DNA from: Mobula hypostoma
Taxonomy: Eukaryota
NCBI RefSeq assembly: GCF_963921235.1
Contig: NC_086112.1
Coordinates: 45,136,001-45,200,000, forward strand
Length of the DNA: 64,000 bases
Reading direction: 5' to 3'
The notes under the pieces are model-generated. The model was not told where the DNA came from, ran no database searches, and worked only from the letters and a program-made list of their open reading frames with translations. Position numbers and translations under genes: made by a program. Below are positions 63,774-64,000 of this stretch, piece after piece. How positions within the stretch are numbered: position 1 is the stretch's first letter; the number at the start of each line of letters is the position of its first letter.

Positions 63774-64000
63774 GTGACTGAAAGATGCGGGTGGTTTTTT
63801 CTCTTGTGGGCGCTGGATGATGACGCAGGATGTCGCCTGGATGATTCGGCGGTGGAGCAGTAGAATGTGGAAGTGGAGCTGAGAGTATGAATGGAGTGGG
63901 TAATGGATGCCAGCGGGGCCCTGGGCGGGAGGTGGTGGTAGTTCATTGAATTGCAGAGAGAAGCAGTGTCGCTCAGGTTAGTGGCTGGAGTGACACCGGC

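Overview
Vertebrate genomic DNA, most likely a cartilaginous fish (ray or shark), inferred from HE1/V-SINE-like SINEs and the CR1/Penelope/Rex1 repeat landscape. The window holds the tandem fructose-1,6-bisphosphatase locus on the minus strand. FBP1 is complete: 7 coding exons, 53349->27351, 337 aa, all introns GT-AG. About 27 kb downstream lie the promoter and first coding exon of FBP2 (451->282). Most of the remaining identifiable sequence is nested retroelements: CR1 LINEs of several ages, Penelope-like elements with minimal hammerhead ribozymes, Rex1/Babar, R4/Dong-clade, RTE, SINEs, a solo LTR and a hAT MITE. Main observations: (1) a young CR1 has an AUG-less ORF2 that overlaps the esterase ORF1 by only 16 nt in the -1 frame, across an in-phase U_UUA_AAC slippery heptamer; the heptamer-plus-stop junction recurs in two other CR1 families here, pointing to -1 ribosomal frameshifting; (2) Penelope-derived fold-back insertions carry hammerhead motifs and a shared one-arm tail, two of them with 13-bp TSDs; (3) a young CR1 inserted antisense at almost the homologous position of an older CR1; (4) FBP1 has unusual allosteric-site residues (T31N, a one-residue insertion in the dynamic loop, muscle-type E69); (5) an inverted copy of FBP1 intron-1 sequence lies between the two genes. 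Repeat boundaries are approximate unless a TSD is given.
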